A stretch of 64,000 nt of DNA from Lepidodermella squamata (lineage: Eukaryota > Animalia > Gastrotricha): positions 558,001 through 622,000 of the forward strand of contig JBLDXI010000030.1 of NCBI GenBank assembly GCA_047495785.1. Reading direction: 5' to 3'. Shown here in pieces: positions 24,549 through 36,241 of this stretch. Position numbers and translations under genes: made by a program. The stretch's first letter is position 1. Every line of letters begins with the position of its first letter. The notes under the pieces are model-generated. The model was not told the DNA's origin and did not search any database. It saw nothing but the letters and a program-made list of their open reading frames with translations.

Positions 24549-26963
24549 ATGCTACTGCTCTTAAATTGGTCAGTTTTCTTGCTAGCACTCATGAACAGCC
24601 CGGAGATTTGCCTCCCGAAATCTCATTCGCTGCTCGTGCCAGTCTTCACTTATGGTCTCGAAGTTTTGAATTCTTCTGCCATGTCAGATGCAGCAGAAGA
24701 GGAAAGGTGTTCAAAAGTGGCTTTAACTTTTCTAGTTGACAGCATAAATTCGAACCTAAGAATTCTGCCGAATTATCGTTTGCAGCTTCAATTTTTTGAC
24801 ACAGAACTTCCTTTCCTCTCCCAGGACATTGTAAGCTTCTATAAGCCTATTGAGTCAGAAATTCGGGAAAACACATTGCTCTCCCCATTCTTCATGGGAC
24901 CCAAGCTTTCTTTGAAACCTGAAGAGGTCAAATTTCAGCGTATTTTCCAGGTGATAAGAGCGTCTTTATCATTGTCTCAAGTCCAGAATCAATTCGGTCT
25001 TTTCTGGTGGACGTGGCCAGTAGACATCTGGATGGACATTCCCAGCAACACCTTTATCAAACATGCGACCATTAATACGATCCTTCATATTGGAAAGTGG
25101 CGCCAAATCGCCTTGTTGTCCATTGATGCAGAAGATTATAGATCTGCTGATGTTCTTATTCGAAATTCGACGATTTTCGATGCAAACGGCATAGAAGTCG
25201 TTCAAGCTGAGGTTGGGGTGTCATACAATGAATTCCTAGCCGTGAAGAAGCTCGGCCTAGCTAGGATTCTCGTTCTATCAGGGACCTTTCTACCTGATGA
25301 TTGTCCGAGGATTTATTGTGACAGCTACGCAGCAGGGATTCGAGCCCCGGAATACGTCATGTTCTTCCCGAATTCAGCTTGCGTTGGCTACAAAGTTGAT
25401 ACAACGGCTTCTCTGTGCGACCTGTCAATTCAATACCAGCAAATCAGAATATCTTTGTTTCTCACCCATTGGACAACGGATCCCCTCTTTTATCTATATG
25501 CCCCTGCCGTCTATGCGGTAGTAGACAGCGAGTATCTGTACAGTAAATCAGGTCAAGCTAAAGCCCTAATGATGGAAAAATGTCCATTCGATGCGTTTAA
25601 ATTAGCTGCATTGAATCGTCAATTACTTAGCGGTCTTTTCCTTCTTAACGCGACAGAGGCAGCGCTGAAGCCACGCAATCTCAGTCTCCGAGATTACCGA
25701 AGCGGCAATCCAGGTTCAACTCTTGTTAGTCAAACTTTCGCTGAAATGGGGAGCCGTTTCGAATACTTTCGGTCGAACAATAAGAAATATTTGCTTATGA
25801 CTGGGACATCTTTCCTGGTACAGAGAACTGGAAAGGGAGTGACGGGTAGCGATTTCATTTTTCGAGTGAATTTTACCGGAAATCGAGCTACATTTCAAAA
25901 TATATCCACCCAAACAATTGAATTTATGTCCCCCATAAATTGGGCGACTCTAAATGGTAAAACACCGAAAGATCTATCAACAGTCTTGAGCATCCAAGGT
26001 TCAATTGACCTCACAGCGATCTATGTACTGTGCGCTCTGGCTACTTTAATATTTTTCATCGAAATAACTATTGGAATCGTTGCTATTGCTGTTATCAAAG
26101 GTAAAATCAAATCGGATGGAACTCCTTACTTCAACACATGCAGTGGATTTGCGATTCTTCTCGGCTGTTTGCTCCTGAATGTATCAGTTTATGTCATTAT
26201 GCTCGGCCCGGTGTATTTTCCTGGAATTAACTGTAATATTCGGGATTTGTTCACTGTGGTCGGATTGTCAATGGTAAACTCAGCGTTGTACATTCGAATG
26301 GCTACTATGGTGTACTTTATGAATTTGCATTTCTACGTCAGCCGAAGTGTAAGAAAAAGGGTGTCATTCAGCGTCACTGAGTCAGAGAAGGATAGACGTG
26401 AGGCGATGATTGCCCTTCAAAGGGTAATCGTTCAAGGGATATCGATAATTGTAGCAACATGCACGCTGATTTTTGTCATATGGCAAATTGCTGAGCCAAT
26501 GAGTTACATTTCAAGCTTTACTGAAACTGAATTCAGTTCAGAACTCGACTCTTTCTACAACATTGAAGTACGGTCCTGTTGGTCAAAGAACAGTTACTAC
26601 TTGTTAATAACGCTGGTGTTGATTCAGGTCATATTGCTATTCCTGGGTTGCTTTCAAGCTGCTTTTATACGGACATCCTCTATTTCGTGGCTTCGAGCTA
26701 GATTTCAGCTTGATGTCAAGACTTATCGTATTGCTGTATGGAACGCTCTGTTCATCACTATAGCGGTTATTTTTGGAGAACTGGCGCTGACAAAAGATAA
26801 GCCCTCTCGAGCTTACCAAGGCACGACGTTAGTTGCTAGTGGTCTTGTGGTCTACTCAATATCCACAGTTGTAGCTATTTTCTTCGGATTCATACAATCC
26901 CCACAACAAACTTTGCGAAGATACCTCAGGAAAACGACTATCGCCTCTGCAAGATTAACATGA
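24549..26963 (+). CDS. Class C GPCR, GABA-B-like, intronless; paralog of 16971-19373
   Basis: 804 aa; long runs identical to the 16971 protein (DIPSNTFIKHATINTILHIGKWRQIALLS; CDSYAAGIRAPEYVMFFPNS; FQLDVKTYR). Confidence 0.85.
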   Translation: MLLLLNWSVFLLALMNSPEICLPKSHSLLVPVFTYGLEVLNSSAMSDAAEEERCSKVALTFLVDSINSNLRILPNYRLQLQFFDTELPFLSQDIVSFYKPIESEIRENTLLSPFFMGPKLSLKPEEVKFQRIFQVIRASLSLSQVQNQFGLFWWTWPVDIWMDIPSNTFIKHATINTILHIGKWRQIALLSIDAEDYRSADVLIRNSTIFDANGIEVVQAEVGVSYNEFLAVKKLGLARILVLSGTFLPDDCPRIYCDSYAAGIRAPEYVMFFPNSACVGYKVDTTASLCDLSIQYQQIRISLFLTHWTTDPLFYLYAPAVYAVVDSEYLYSKSGQAKALMMEKCPFDAFKLAALNRQLLSGLFLLNATEAALKPRNLSLRDYRSGNPGSTLVSQTFAEMGSRFEYFRSNNKKYLLMTGTSFLVQRTGKGVTGSDFIFRVNFTGNRATFQNISTQTIEFMSPINWATLNGKTPKDLSTVLSIQGSIDLTAIYVLCALATLIFFIEITIGIVAIAVIKGKIKSDGTPYFNTCSGFAILLGCLLLNVSVYVIMLGPVYFPGINCNIRDLFTVVGLSMVNSALYIRMATMVYFMNLHFYVSRSVRKRVSFSVTESEKDRREAMIALQRVIVQGISIIVATCTLIFVIWQIAEPMSYISSFTETEFSSELDSFYNIEVRSCWSKNSYYLLITLVLIQVILLFLGCFQAAFIRTSSISWLRARFQLDVKTYRIAVWNALFITIAVIFGELALTKDKPSRAYQGTTLVASGLVVYSISTVVAIFFGFIQSPQQTLRRYLRKTTIASARLT

Positions 26964-27315
26964 ATACAAAAGTATGAAACGTATTTAAAGATCTTGTTCA
27001 GCGAAATTGTTCGGCAGATGGCAAGCATTACTAAACGAATATTTCACGCACAAAATTAAGTGAAATAAACATGGATTAAATAGTTAAAATAATCAGTTGG
27101 CAATCCACAAATTGAAATAAATTTAAACTGCATTTATTCGTTCATTGCTGAGGTGTTCAATTGTATTTAACCCGTTTCAAACTTATTATCGGTCACCTAG
27201 AAAATGACGCAGAAGAAGTCCATTTTCGGCGGCTTCGAATCATTTATAGGCATCAAAAGTTAGTAATGAAACATGACACAATTTGATTGCAAATTAAAAC
27301 TACAGTTTCAGAATT

Positions 27316-28230
27316 TCAAGGCTTGCAGCCTTTGGGAGGCTCCAATTTTTTACCTCGCTGGGCTTTTTGCTTCGCATCAATGAAAGACCAGACAATTTTA
27401 ACCCGTTCCATATCTATCAAGGGAAGCGCGGTTAAAACAATTTCAGACGATCCTTCGTTGTCGACTCCAGTAACGACTCCAACTTGAAATGCTTGAACTT
27501 TCATTCCAAGGTGGCAGATTTGATGTGCTTTCAGACGGTAGTTGCTCATTTCCCGATATTTGAAAGGAAATTCAAAGGCGGAGCCATGAGGTGACGGGAG
27601 GTAGGCATCTTTTAAGATCGCCAGCGATAAGCTTTCCCAGAGTTCTGCTTTTTCTGCCGCGGGTGTCTGAGGTGAGAAGTCTTCAACGGTGTCCAGCAGA
27701 TCCGAATAAAATTTGCTAGAGTCAGCACTGTCTTTCGGCTTGGTGATCGAGACATAAAATTGGACCAAACGATATACAGCACCGATTCGCTGCAACACTT
27801 TAGTGCACTGAGTTGCCAGCTGAAGTGTGGTTAAACGAATCGGCGTTTTTGGGGAAAGACTCGAACCAAGAGTGCGGCAATGAAATGACAGCGCTCCACA
27901 TTCTTGCTGAATGCTATTAATTATGTTTATCAGACCAACAATTTCTGCAGGTGCGATGACGGCTTGTTGCTGATTTATTTGAAAATTGTTGTAATTGTTA
28001 ACCACTGTTTTTGACTGGTCAGGTGGCTGCACTTCTCCGGTATACGGCGGCGGTTGTCCGTCATTCGGATTTGACAAAGCTTGTTTTAGAAGCGTTTCGA
28101 GATCACTGCTACTAAGCGAATCCACTGAAGTGTCGCCTGTTCTTAGCATGCGATTAGCATGTGATTTGATGTTGCCTTGATTAGCCTGTGCTTTTATTGC
28201 GACATTTTCTACCGGCAGCGGGGATTCCAT
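27316..28230 (-). CDS. Uncharacterised ~300 aa protein
   Basis: Long open frame (track ORF 27316-28290). Probable ATG at 28230, just downstream of a strong splice acceptor at ~28255. No family recognised. Confidence 0.55.
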   Translation of the reverse strand: MESPLPVENVAIKAQANQGNIKSHANRMLRTGDTSVDSLSSSDLETLLKQALSNPNDGQPPPYTGEVQPPDQSKTVVNNYNNFQINQQQAVIAPAEIVGLINIINSIQQECGALSFHCRTLGSSLSPKTPIRLTTLQLATQCTKVLQRIGAVYRLVQFYVSITKPKDSADSSKFYSDLLDTVEDFSPQTPAAEKAELWESLSLAILKDAYLPSPHGSAFEFPFKYREMSNYRLKAHQICHLGMKVQAFQVGVVTGVDNEGSSEIVLTALPLIDMERVKIVWSFIDAKQKAQRGKKLEPPKGCKP

Positions 28231-28348
28231 ATGTTCAATATATAAGAGTGAACCTAAAAAGAAAAAGACAATGTCATCGCCATTGAACATTCAAGATTCA
28301 AGAATCATGGAATCTCATGATGCACTTGGCAAGCTGTCCGGCGCTATT

Positions 28349-29095
28349 TTAATTTAAAGGCAGCTCGTCGATTCTGTCGTCCAAGTCATCACAAAGGAAA
28401 TCCTCTTGAATTCCCATCAGACGCAACCTCTCTATAAGCGTAATTTTCAAAAGCGATGCTAGCCGAGCATAACTTTTACATATGATGAAAGCGTCCTTAG
28501 GTTGTAATTCGCAAGTAATCCGTTGACCGTGGGCGAAAGCATTCCGAATCCTAATCAGCTTATCCAAAATATCTTTGTTTTTGTTGCTGCTTCCAGTTAG
28601 ACCTGTTAAATGGCGTTCGCCAGAGTTAGCAATAAGGTTATTCATCTCAGGGTCGATTGCATCAGCCCATTTTGTAATCTCGTCCTTCAGGGGAGTGCGA
28701 ACATTATCCTTGTCAAGCTCGGGAAACGCCTCCAATAGAACTAGCAGTAGTTTATGAATGTTTTTGTCATCCGGCCTTATGAGGCCGAAGAGACTTGCGG
28801 GTAGTATTGAGTCAAAGACTTCTTTTTTTGGTATATTGGGATAAATCTTAACTAAATGAGTTAATGCTATCTCTTCCGCTATGTCTCTGTCCATGAAATG
28901 CCTATCCATAACCAAAGTCCAAACAGCATGAACTATCTGGGCAACTGCCCGCGTGAAATCAGCGTAAGCCATGGTGACAGCTCCGTGGTAGAAAGAGTTT
29001 ATGAGAACATAGTCTTGGAGTTGCGACAGAGATCCAGCAGCAGGGGTATGTACTAAGTCCGCAGTTCGTCTGAACAAGTTGATATCAACCGACAT
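28349..29095 (-). CDS. Helical protein with RxxxxH (RNAFAH) motif; putative HEPN-superfamily domain
   Basis: ORF of ~250-277 aa, mostly helical. LIRIRNAFAHG near the C-terminus fits the HEPN R-N-x-x-A-H pattern. Confidence 0.55.
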   Translation of the reverse strand: MSVDINLFRRTADLVHTPAAGSLSQLQDYVLINSFYHGAVTMAYADFTRAVAQIVHAVWTLVMDRHFMDRDIAEEIALTHLVKIYPNIPKKEVFDSILPASLFGLIRPDDKNIHKLLLVLLEAFPELDKDNVRTPLKDEITKWADAIDPEMNNLIANSGERHLTGLTGSSNKNKDILDKLIRIRNAFAHGQRITCELQPKDAFIICKSYARLASLLKITLIERLRLMGIQEDFLCDDLDDRIDELPLN

Positions 29096-29416
29096 TTCGT
29101 TGACAAAGCTGAACTGCAGTGGGTGACAAAAAAATAGCCAATTGTCGATGAATAACAGCAGCGTTGAAAGCTGAGATATCATAGCCAGCTCATGGCAGCT
29201 TTTAACATGAGTGTGACAAAGATAAGACGTTTCTTATCAAAACCAATGGCAAGAATAAGTGTGAAAGTTTCTTCGATAAGCATATTTTTCATGTTCCTCA
29301 GCAAGTCGGATTCAAAATCTTGTTTACATTGTGCTATCCAACCGTGAAAATTTTTCAACCTTTCTATCAGCCAGTGTTCGCGATTAAATCCGTAAGCTGA
29401 GGAGTCTATTAATTAT

Positions 29417-30704
29417 TCAAGTAATTATCAAAGAAGAAATTGTCAAATTCACGATTATAGTCATCATGGTTAAACCACCGAAAACTATCCCATCTACAAG
29501 TCTGATGAATGATATTTTGAAACGTCCGAACGCCATGCTACGTTCTGCGAACTTATCCCGATTCGCTAGGTCGCAAGCTACCAGCGTATAGAGCGCGCTA
29601 ACAACGCCGAGACAGAGTTGAAAAGCGGTTAGAACCAGTGCGTAGCAGATATCGGAGGTCGAAGGTAAAGCTTGAGTCACTAGGGACAGCAAAACAGTAT
29701 AAGCAAGTACGACAGTCACGCAAAAAGCTGGCCGATCTGGGTGTTTGGGCGGCATTATTCCAGAGGCTAAAAGTAGGATTTCAAGGCCTAAACTTGGAAT
29801 GAAGAGACTGACAAGAGCAATCGCCGGGTTGCGATTCATCCGAAATTCGAAAATTGCCTTGTCGAAGTCTTTCCCGCCTGGGTCGCCTATTCCGTTGTAG
29901 ATATTGACCCCCATTGATGCCTTAGCGCTGGCAAGTCGCCAAACGTCGGCTGAAGTGATGAAATTCGCCATAAATGTAATTTCCGAGGTGTTATCTCTCA
30001 GGAACATCCTTATTCTAGACCTTGGAAACCAGGATTCAATTTGAACAGTGCAGACTTGTTGGTCGAACGGGAATTTCCTAAGGCTAGAACAACAAAAATG
30101 ATATCTATCACCTAAACGGAAATTAGGAAACTAACTTCAAAGCACAAAATGATGTGAAAGTTGAGACGATCGGTAGGAAAAAAGCACCATCATTCGTTAC
30201 TGAAATCAGGCCGTGGTTATCGACAACGCTGCTTAACAGAAAAATGTATAGATCATTTAAAAATGCCCTTAAATTACTTCTCAGGACCCCAATATGCTGA
30301 ATCATCAGCTCCGTTAGAATGCGTTAACATTGGGCGCCAAGTATCGGCAGCAAACAGATCTATCTGAGGTATTCCCGTGTCATTCAACTCCCAATTCACG
30401 CATGGGTGCTTCCAACTGATATCAAGCTCGCCGAACACCGAAAATCTACGGATGTAAAGCCTTCGAAAAATCAAGAAAAATCTGAAATTACTTACGTTTG
30501 CTTCTGATCGTCTATTTTCAAGAAACGATAAGGTATGAAGCTAGTGAACACCTCCAACGTATCTTCAGCCTTAATAACTGGCCTAGCTTTCTCGGACAAG
30601 CTGCATCTTTCAATGAAGGTCAGCGCAAGTTTCCGTTCTGGAGGCATGTACTCAGCCGCTCTTGTTATCGAAACGAATAATTCAACAATCAAAGCTGTAA
30701 GCAT
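29417..30704 (-). CDS. Divergent Cys-loop channel subunit (about 4 exons)
   Basis: Signal exon (EKARPV...IDDQKQT); WKHPCVNW...TWRPMLTHSN; TSFCALK|..KFPFDQQVC; PDRPAFCVTVVLAY. Confidence 0.85.
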
Positions 30705-30882
30705 TATTATCCTCACATCGCATCCAGAAAAACGCTGACTGTTTAATTGGAATTTTTGCGATTGATTCTTCTGTGTATAAGATTCTTGTATTTAATTGTG
30801 GCAAATGTTGACATTTCGACTTGTATTTACCGGACACAAAAATATGGCGTTATACGTAATAGTTAGCAAATAATGGTATCGG

Positions 30883-30906
30883 CTCTCTCTCTCTCTCTCT
30901 CTCTCC
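30883..30906. repeat. (CT)n microsatellite
   Basis: About 11 CT units. Confidence 0.9.
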
Positions 30907-31053
30907 CTAATGTTTGCAATATTTCAACCTCATATACACTCACTATCTAAAATGCGACATTTCCCTAGGTTGCGAACCAAAAGAAATCTCGTTAGTCAAA
31001 ATTTATTCAAAAATTAAACTGTTCAAGTGAAACATTCGACTTTCCATCGTCTA

Positions 31054-32594
31054 CTACGGCGAGGGAGTTGTATTGTTTACTTTCGAAATAGCTCCTTTTG
31101 CGATGAGCATCTTCACCAGTTCATCCGTGGTCCTTCTTGTTTCCAGTGCCAAATCCAACACGCTTTTCCCATCACTATTCACCGCATTCACATCGGCTCC
31201 AGCATCCAATAACATCTTAAACATCGCCGTATCACCGAACGTGAATCGAAGTGCGGAGAGGAGAGGGGTTTCTTTCAACAGGTTATTAACAGCATTCACG
31301 TTAGCCTTCTTCCCAATCAAATATTTGACAACGTCATTCAAATCCATCATCATAGAATTGACAACGCTGTGAAGGCACGTACGCCCGTCCTTGTCCGAAG
31401 AATTTACGCTTAGGGATGCGTTTTCCACCCCGTATTTGATCAGAGGCAGGCCTAAAGCGCTGAATTTACAGGAAATTGTCAGGAAGTTATCGCCTGTCAA
31501 CGACGTAGCTTTCACGTTATCGCCGGCTGCGATCAACATTTTAACGATTTCGAACTTCTTATCACTATCCACACTCTGGGCCATGGCAACTCTCATCAAG
31601 GGGGTTAGGCCACTTGAGTCTGGGGTGCACGTTGCGTTGAAGGCTATCAGAACGTTGAGCAAGTCCCAATTCAAGTTACCAGCGGCCTGAGCCAGCGCAG
31701 TCTCCCCCATATGATCCGCCGCGTTAACATTCGCCCGTTTCGACAGCAGAAACTCAACGGCATACGGGTTTTGCTCGTGGTAGTTGACCATGAATTTGAT
31801 AAGGGGGTACCTGTCCAGAATCTTCACATTAACATCCGCTCCTTTGCTGACAAGTAACTGCAGCATTTCGAACTTTTCAGGGCACATTGCGATCGGATAG
31901 TCGCCATTTGTTGATTTCTGATTAGGACTAAGACCTTTATCCAATAGATAGTTGACAAATGTGACATTGCAAGTTATCGCGGCTTTTATGAGTAACCCAG
32001 CGCCTGATGAGTCGACTGTCCTCAGATTAGCCCGGTTTTGAAGAAGATAGTCGACAATGTCTTGCCTGCCCTGACGAGCTGCGAATTGAAGTGCATCAAC
32101 TCCGTTGTTGTCTTTCGAATTAACATCCGCTCGTTTGTCTAGCAAGAGCTTGATAAGATCGAGACGGCCCTTCTCTGCAGCCCATACCAAGGCGGTTCGT
32201 CGATATCCGAGAACCCCGGTGTCTTTAGCATCGACCTGGGCACCGTTGTCGAGCAGAAGTTTGACAAGATCCGCGCTTTGGTTGAAGGCGCAGGCCACAG
32301 CTAAGGCTGTTCCTCCCTCGACAAAAGCTTCATCTGCGGTTCGGTATAAAACAGTGGCGGGGACTTCGGCTAGTCGAGTGTCGACTGGAACTGTTTTTCT
32401 CGCTAGGATGCTGCGAACATCCGCGAGTCTGCCTTGCTTCACAGCATTTATAAATTCCTAAAAAATCGTTGTATGCTTACTAAGGTACTAATTTTGGAGA
32501 TACTCACATTTTGCTCAGCGGTATTAGTTACGGGAGCTGCTGAAATTGATCCAAGACCGATCACGGCTATACAAGTAAATAAGGTTTGAATCAT
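31054..32594 (-). CDS. Ankyrin-repeat protein with N-terminal signal peptide (exons 32594-32508, 32457-31054)
   Basis: Exon 1 MIQTLFTCIAVIGLGSISAAPVTNTAEQN, then a 50-nt phase-0 GT-AG intron, then about 12 ankyrin repeats (TAL.xA...LL.xGADVN). Confidence 0.88.
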
Positions 32595-33306
32595 TCTTGT
32601 TAAAACAGAATTTATAATATTTATACGTGTTGTATCTTTTATAAGAGCAGTTGAATCGTGACTGAGTGTGGGTGTTAATTACAGCACCAGGCAATTGAGC
32701 ATTGTTTCTGTAATAGGCGTCAGTATGCACACGGAGCTGAATAACACAGTATGTTGTTTGGATTGGGCTAGTAGTCTTTTTCCTAGTAGTTTATTCAGTT
32801 TCTGTGCCAAGTTCCGGGCATAGGAAGGGCATTTCTGATCAGTAACACGACTAAATGACTGTATCGCAGAGGGAAGATCCAGGTGTCAAAGCTGTTTTTG
32901 CTTCATTCTCCAAAACTACTAGTGATTTCAGCCTAAAAACGAGGGAAGCGAGGGAATTGTGAAGATTCCCCCTCGAACACGCCTGAAATTGACTAAACAT
33001 GGGCAGAATTTGCATTTTCTTCTTCGGTCCGGCCGATGATACCTCCGATTTGAATCGACCGTATTCGATCTCGGTAACTCAAATTTAAATACTGAGAGAA
33101 TTCTGTCTAGGACTACCTAAGACTAGCAACTAGCATAAGCGAGCTATCGGCCATCAGGATTTTCCATGTCTTCATCTTCGAAATAGCCGTAGAAGGATTA
33201 CTTTCTAGCACATTTGTGCAATATTCTTTTTCTATTATTAACAAATTATTAACAGATTAAAGACTTCATTAGTTTGTTATCTCAAAATCTCAAAATTTAA
33301 CGCAAT

Positions 33307-35613
33307 TTAAGCAACGCGACAGCCCTTGTTCGATTCTGTCGCTTCAAATGTTTTAGATAAACACGTTCCTCTTAGGAGGAATGTCATGGAGGCCAGTGAG
33401 AAAATGCAAGCCCCAGTCGAAATAATGATTTGTTGTGATATAGGAGAGGTCCGAAAAGTCACGGTCAGCAGCGAGGTGGCTATAATTAGCACGATGCTGT
33501 TCGCCATGGAGTAGACGGCGTGTTTGATTTCAAAGCGCTGATGCTCAGCCAGGAGTACGTGGTCGGCAAATCGCCTAGAAGACACGCAACCCGTCATAAG
33601 GATTGCTATGTTGTAGACAACCAACGGCATAACCCACGCAGCCTCATCAGACGTCGAGCATTTGAGCGCAGATATCTCCAAATAGACATCGCCTAGTTCG
33701 TTGTAGTGGGGCTGATCGAATTTCTGAATCGACGAGCATTCTGGGAAGTCTAGCAGGCTCCAAAGCGCGAGATAAAGAAGTGTGGCGAAAAGATTTAGAA
33801 AGAAACAGGCTGAGAACTTTTTATGCGAATAATGAACTCGAATGAAGGTCGAAATCGCACTTTTCCTAGCATTGAATGAGGGAAATCGCGAAAAATCCTC
33901 GCCAATTCTGCTCCGTCTACCAATAGAGATTCGAGGGGATGTTCCATACAATTTCATGATGAGAAGCTTTGCAGCTACGGATGCATTTACTGAGCTAATA
34001 CCAACAGCGAGCAAATAAACTTTCGCCAGATGAAAAGCTTCCGTGGAGTATTCACTTGAAAATAAGACCGAACTGAGATCCGCCAAACAAAGAGAAACCA
34101 GTTGAAAGATTGCATGAAAGTTATGTTTCTCCATCTTGAGAGCAGTGACAATCTTGGCAACGATAAGTACTGAGTTGAGGCTGTAGAAAGTTAAAGAAAA
34201 CTCGAAAGGGATGGCTTCCCTGATTTTCAAATAGTTAGCCTTATCTTTCGGGGGTTGGTCATTGATAGTCCGCCATTTGACGGAGTTATTAGCTTTGATG
34301 GACATGTATCTGTTAACGATAGTTTGCGTTGTTGCCGAGCTGTTTATGACCACGTAACTAACGACTTTCAGCCCTTCACCCGGCCACCATTGCCAGATTG
34401 GCCACTTCCCACCGACCATTTCCCCGGTAGACTGGTCGTATCGAGTAACCCCGTCCATTTTTAATCCGATGTATTCCATTTTCAACTGGGTTGCATTCAA
34501 AATATTGCTGACTAATTTCGGCTGATTCGTCACGTTTTTCAGAGTTAATCCGGATTTTCTAAGTTCCAACTCGCCCTCGTGGAGAAGTAGGACAGCTTGT
34601 AAAGCTGCGTCGTGGCAGTAGAACCTGCTGGAATAATCAGGGTGTCTCAAGCTCCCTGTGTAATTGTCCAACATCTGATCGAATTCTAACATATTATAAC
34701 CAAGAGCTACTCTAGCCCAAGTTTCTTCCGTGTTCAACTGTGAAGCGACCATGAAGCAGGACTTAGATTGAACAATGATCATTTCGCGACTACAACCAGG
34801 GTACAGCTCAGGGGGTAGCGTGAAAGGGTCTGCGAAAGTGCTAGCTGATAGGATGAAAACGTATCGAGGACCGAACATTCCGAACTTGTAAAATTGGCAC
34901 ATAACTCGATATGATAAGGTGCTGATACTAGCCACCGTGAGTATGAAGACCCTAACATCAGCCTCTTTCACCTCAAGAGCTGCTTCGTCACTGAAACCAT
35001 CTGAGACCTCAGCATAGACATTGATTCCTAATTCCTTACCCATATTGATGATTTGCTTAGCATAAAGGGTGTCTTGGATGAATGTGCTAGAAATCACGCC
35101 GATATTAGCCCAACGGCCGATGTCTACAACGAACCTCATTCTAGCGTAAAAAGTACGACCAGCGATTGGGCGGATAAGGTAAAGATTAGGGAACCTCTTC
35201 CTATCGATCAAATAATCAGTAGAACACAGCGCGATTTGAACATAGTCGATGAGATGTGCAAAACCAGCTATAGGATCGCAACTACTCACTGGCCCGATGA
35301 TAACTGAGGCACGATACGACCCGTTTGAAGTACCATTAACGAACTGGCGGTGGAAATCAAGCGTTTGATTAACAACTTGCTGGCCGTTATTATCATCGAG
35401 AAATCTGGGTTCAAGGTTGTAGTCTGGTAGAATGTCATTGCGTTGGTTAGCGGTGTTGAAAACCAGTTCCGTGACTGCTCGACATGTTTTGTACTGGTTC
35501 AGTGGTAGACCAGTGAATGGTAGCAGGACGGGAACTACGAGATTTGTTTGCTTTTGCGTGGCTGAGCATTCAACGGAAAGTAAAATGAGAAAGATCAACA
35601 AAAAGAAAATCAT
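33307..35613 (-). CDS. Class C GPCR, GABA-B-like, intronless
   Basis: Likely ATG 35613 (MIFFLLIFLILLSVECSA); NQRNDILPDYNL, FPNLYL, ADVRVFIL, GMFGPRYVFI, DQPPKD, then 7TM. Confidence 0.85.
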   Translation of the reverse strand: MIFFLLIFLILLSVECSATQKQTNLVVPVLLPFTGLPLNQYKTCRAVTELVFNTANQRNDILPDYNLEPRFLDDNNGQQVVNQTLDFHRQFVNGTSNGSYRASVIIGPVSSCDPIAGFAHLIDYVQIALCSTDYLIDRKRFPNLYLIRPIAGRTFYARMRFVVDIGRWANIGVISSTFIQDTLYAKQIINMGKELGINVYAEVSDGFSDEAALEVKEADVRVFILTVASISTLSYRVMCQFYKFGMFGPRYVFILSASTFADPFTLPPELYPGCSREMIIVQSKSCFMVASQLNTEETWARVALGYNMLEFDQMLDNYTGSLRHPDYSSRFYCHDAALQAVLLLHEGELELRKSGLTLKNVTNQPKLVSNILNATQLKMEYIGLKMDGVTRYDQSTGEMVGGKWPIWQWWPGEGLKVVSYVVINSSATTQTIVNRYMSIKANNSVKWRTINDQPPKDKANYLKIREAIPFEFSLTFYSLNSVLIVAKIVTALKMEKHNFHAIFQLVSLCLADLSSVLFSSEYSTEAFHLAKVYLLAVGISSVNASVAAKLLIMKLYGTSPRISIGRRSRIGEDFSRFPSFNARKSAISTFIRVHYSHKKFSACFFLNLFATLLYLALWSLLDFPECSSIQKFDQPHYNELGDVYLEISALKCSTSDEAAWVMPLVVYNIAILMTGCVSSRRFADHVLLAEHQRFEIKHAVYSMANSIVLIIATSLLTVTFRTSPISQQIIISTGACIFSLASMTFLLRGTCLSKTFEATESNKGCRVA

Positions 35614-36241
35614 TCTCGAGAATCTATTGAGAACCTTCGAATAATCTTCTGATAAATCGTCTACGGTCTCTGCTGCCACTGCATGAACAGCTAATAAGCC
35701 ACACATAAGCTCATCGATTTCCTTTAATAGGCATGTATGTTGAATCTATGCCAATAAGAGCGCGTACATCTCACTCAATGGTCTGTAACCCTTCCACATA
35801 CAGTAATGTCGAAAATGCGTCAAGTTAATGTGGATCGTTAACTGGTGCGCGATAACGGGATACTGTTCCTGGGGCCTTGAAATTCGCAAACGAGTCTCTT
35901 TGACCTTGTTCTACAATTTAGTTGAATACCGGTCGATTCTTTCCTCTTTAGTTCTCATATCGCAAAACTCGAATTTTCACAGAAATTTTATTCTCGAAAG
36001 AAACAGATTAAGAACGAAAGATGAATGCAGGGTTCCGACTAGGTCCAGCTCTGAGGGGGGTAAATCGAGCGTTTTGAGACCAAAATTTGTCTCGACACCG
36101 TAACGAACAAAAATTGGGTTTTAGTAATACGTGATCATCATAAAGCTACGACGACACATGGTATGCTAATTATTTTGTCTCATATTGGAAATTGACCGTT
36201 CACAGTGTCTTCAGTCTAGACTAGTACCTTCCGAAATTAGT

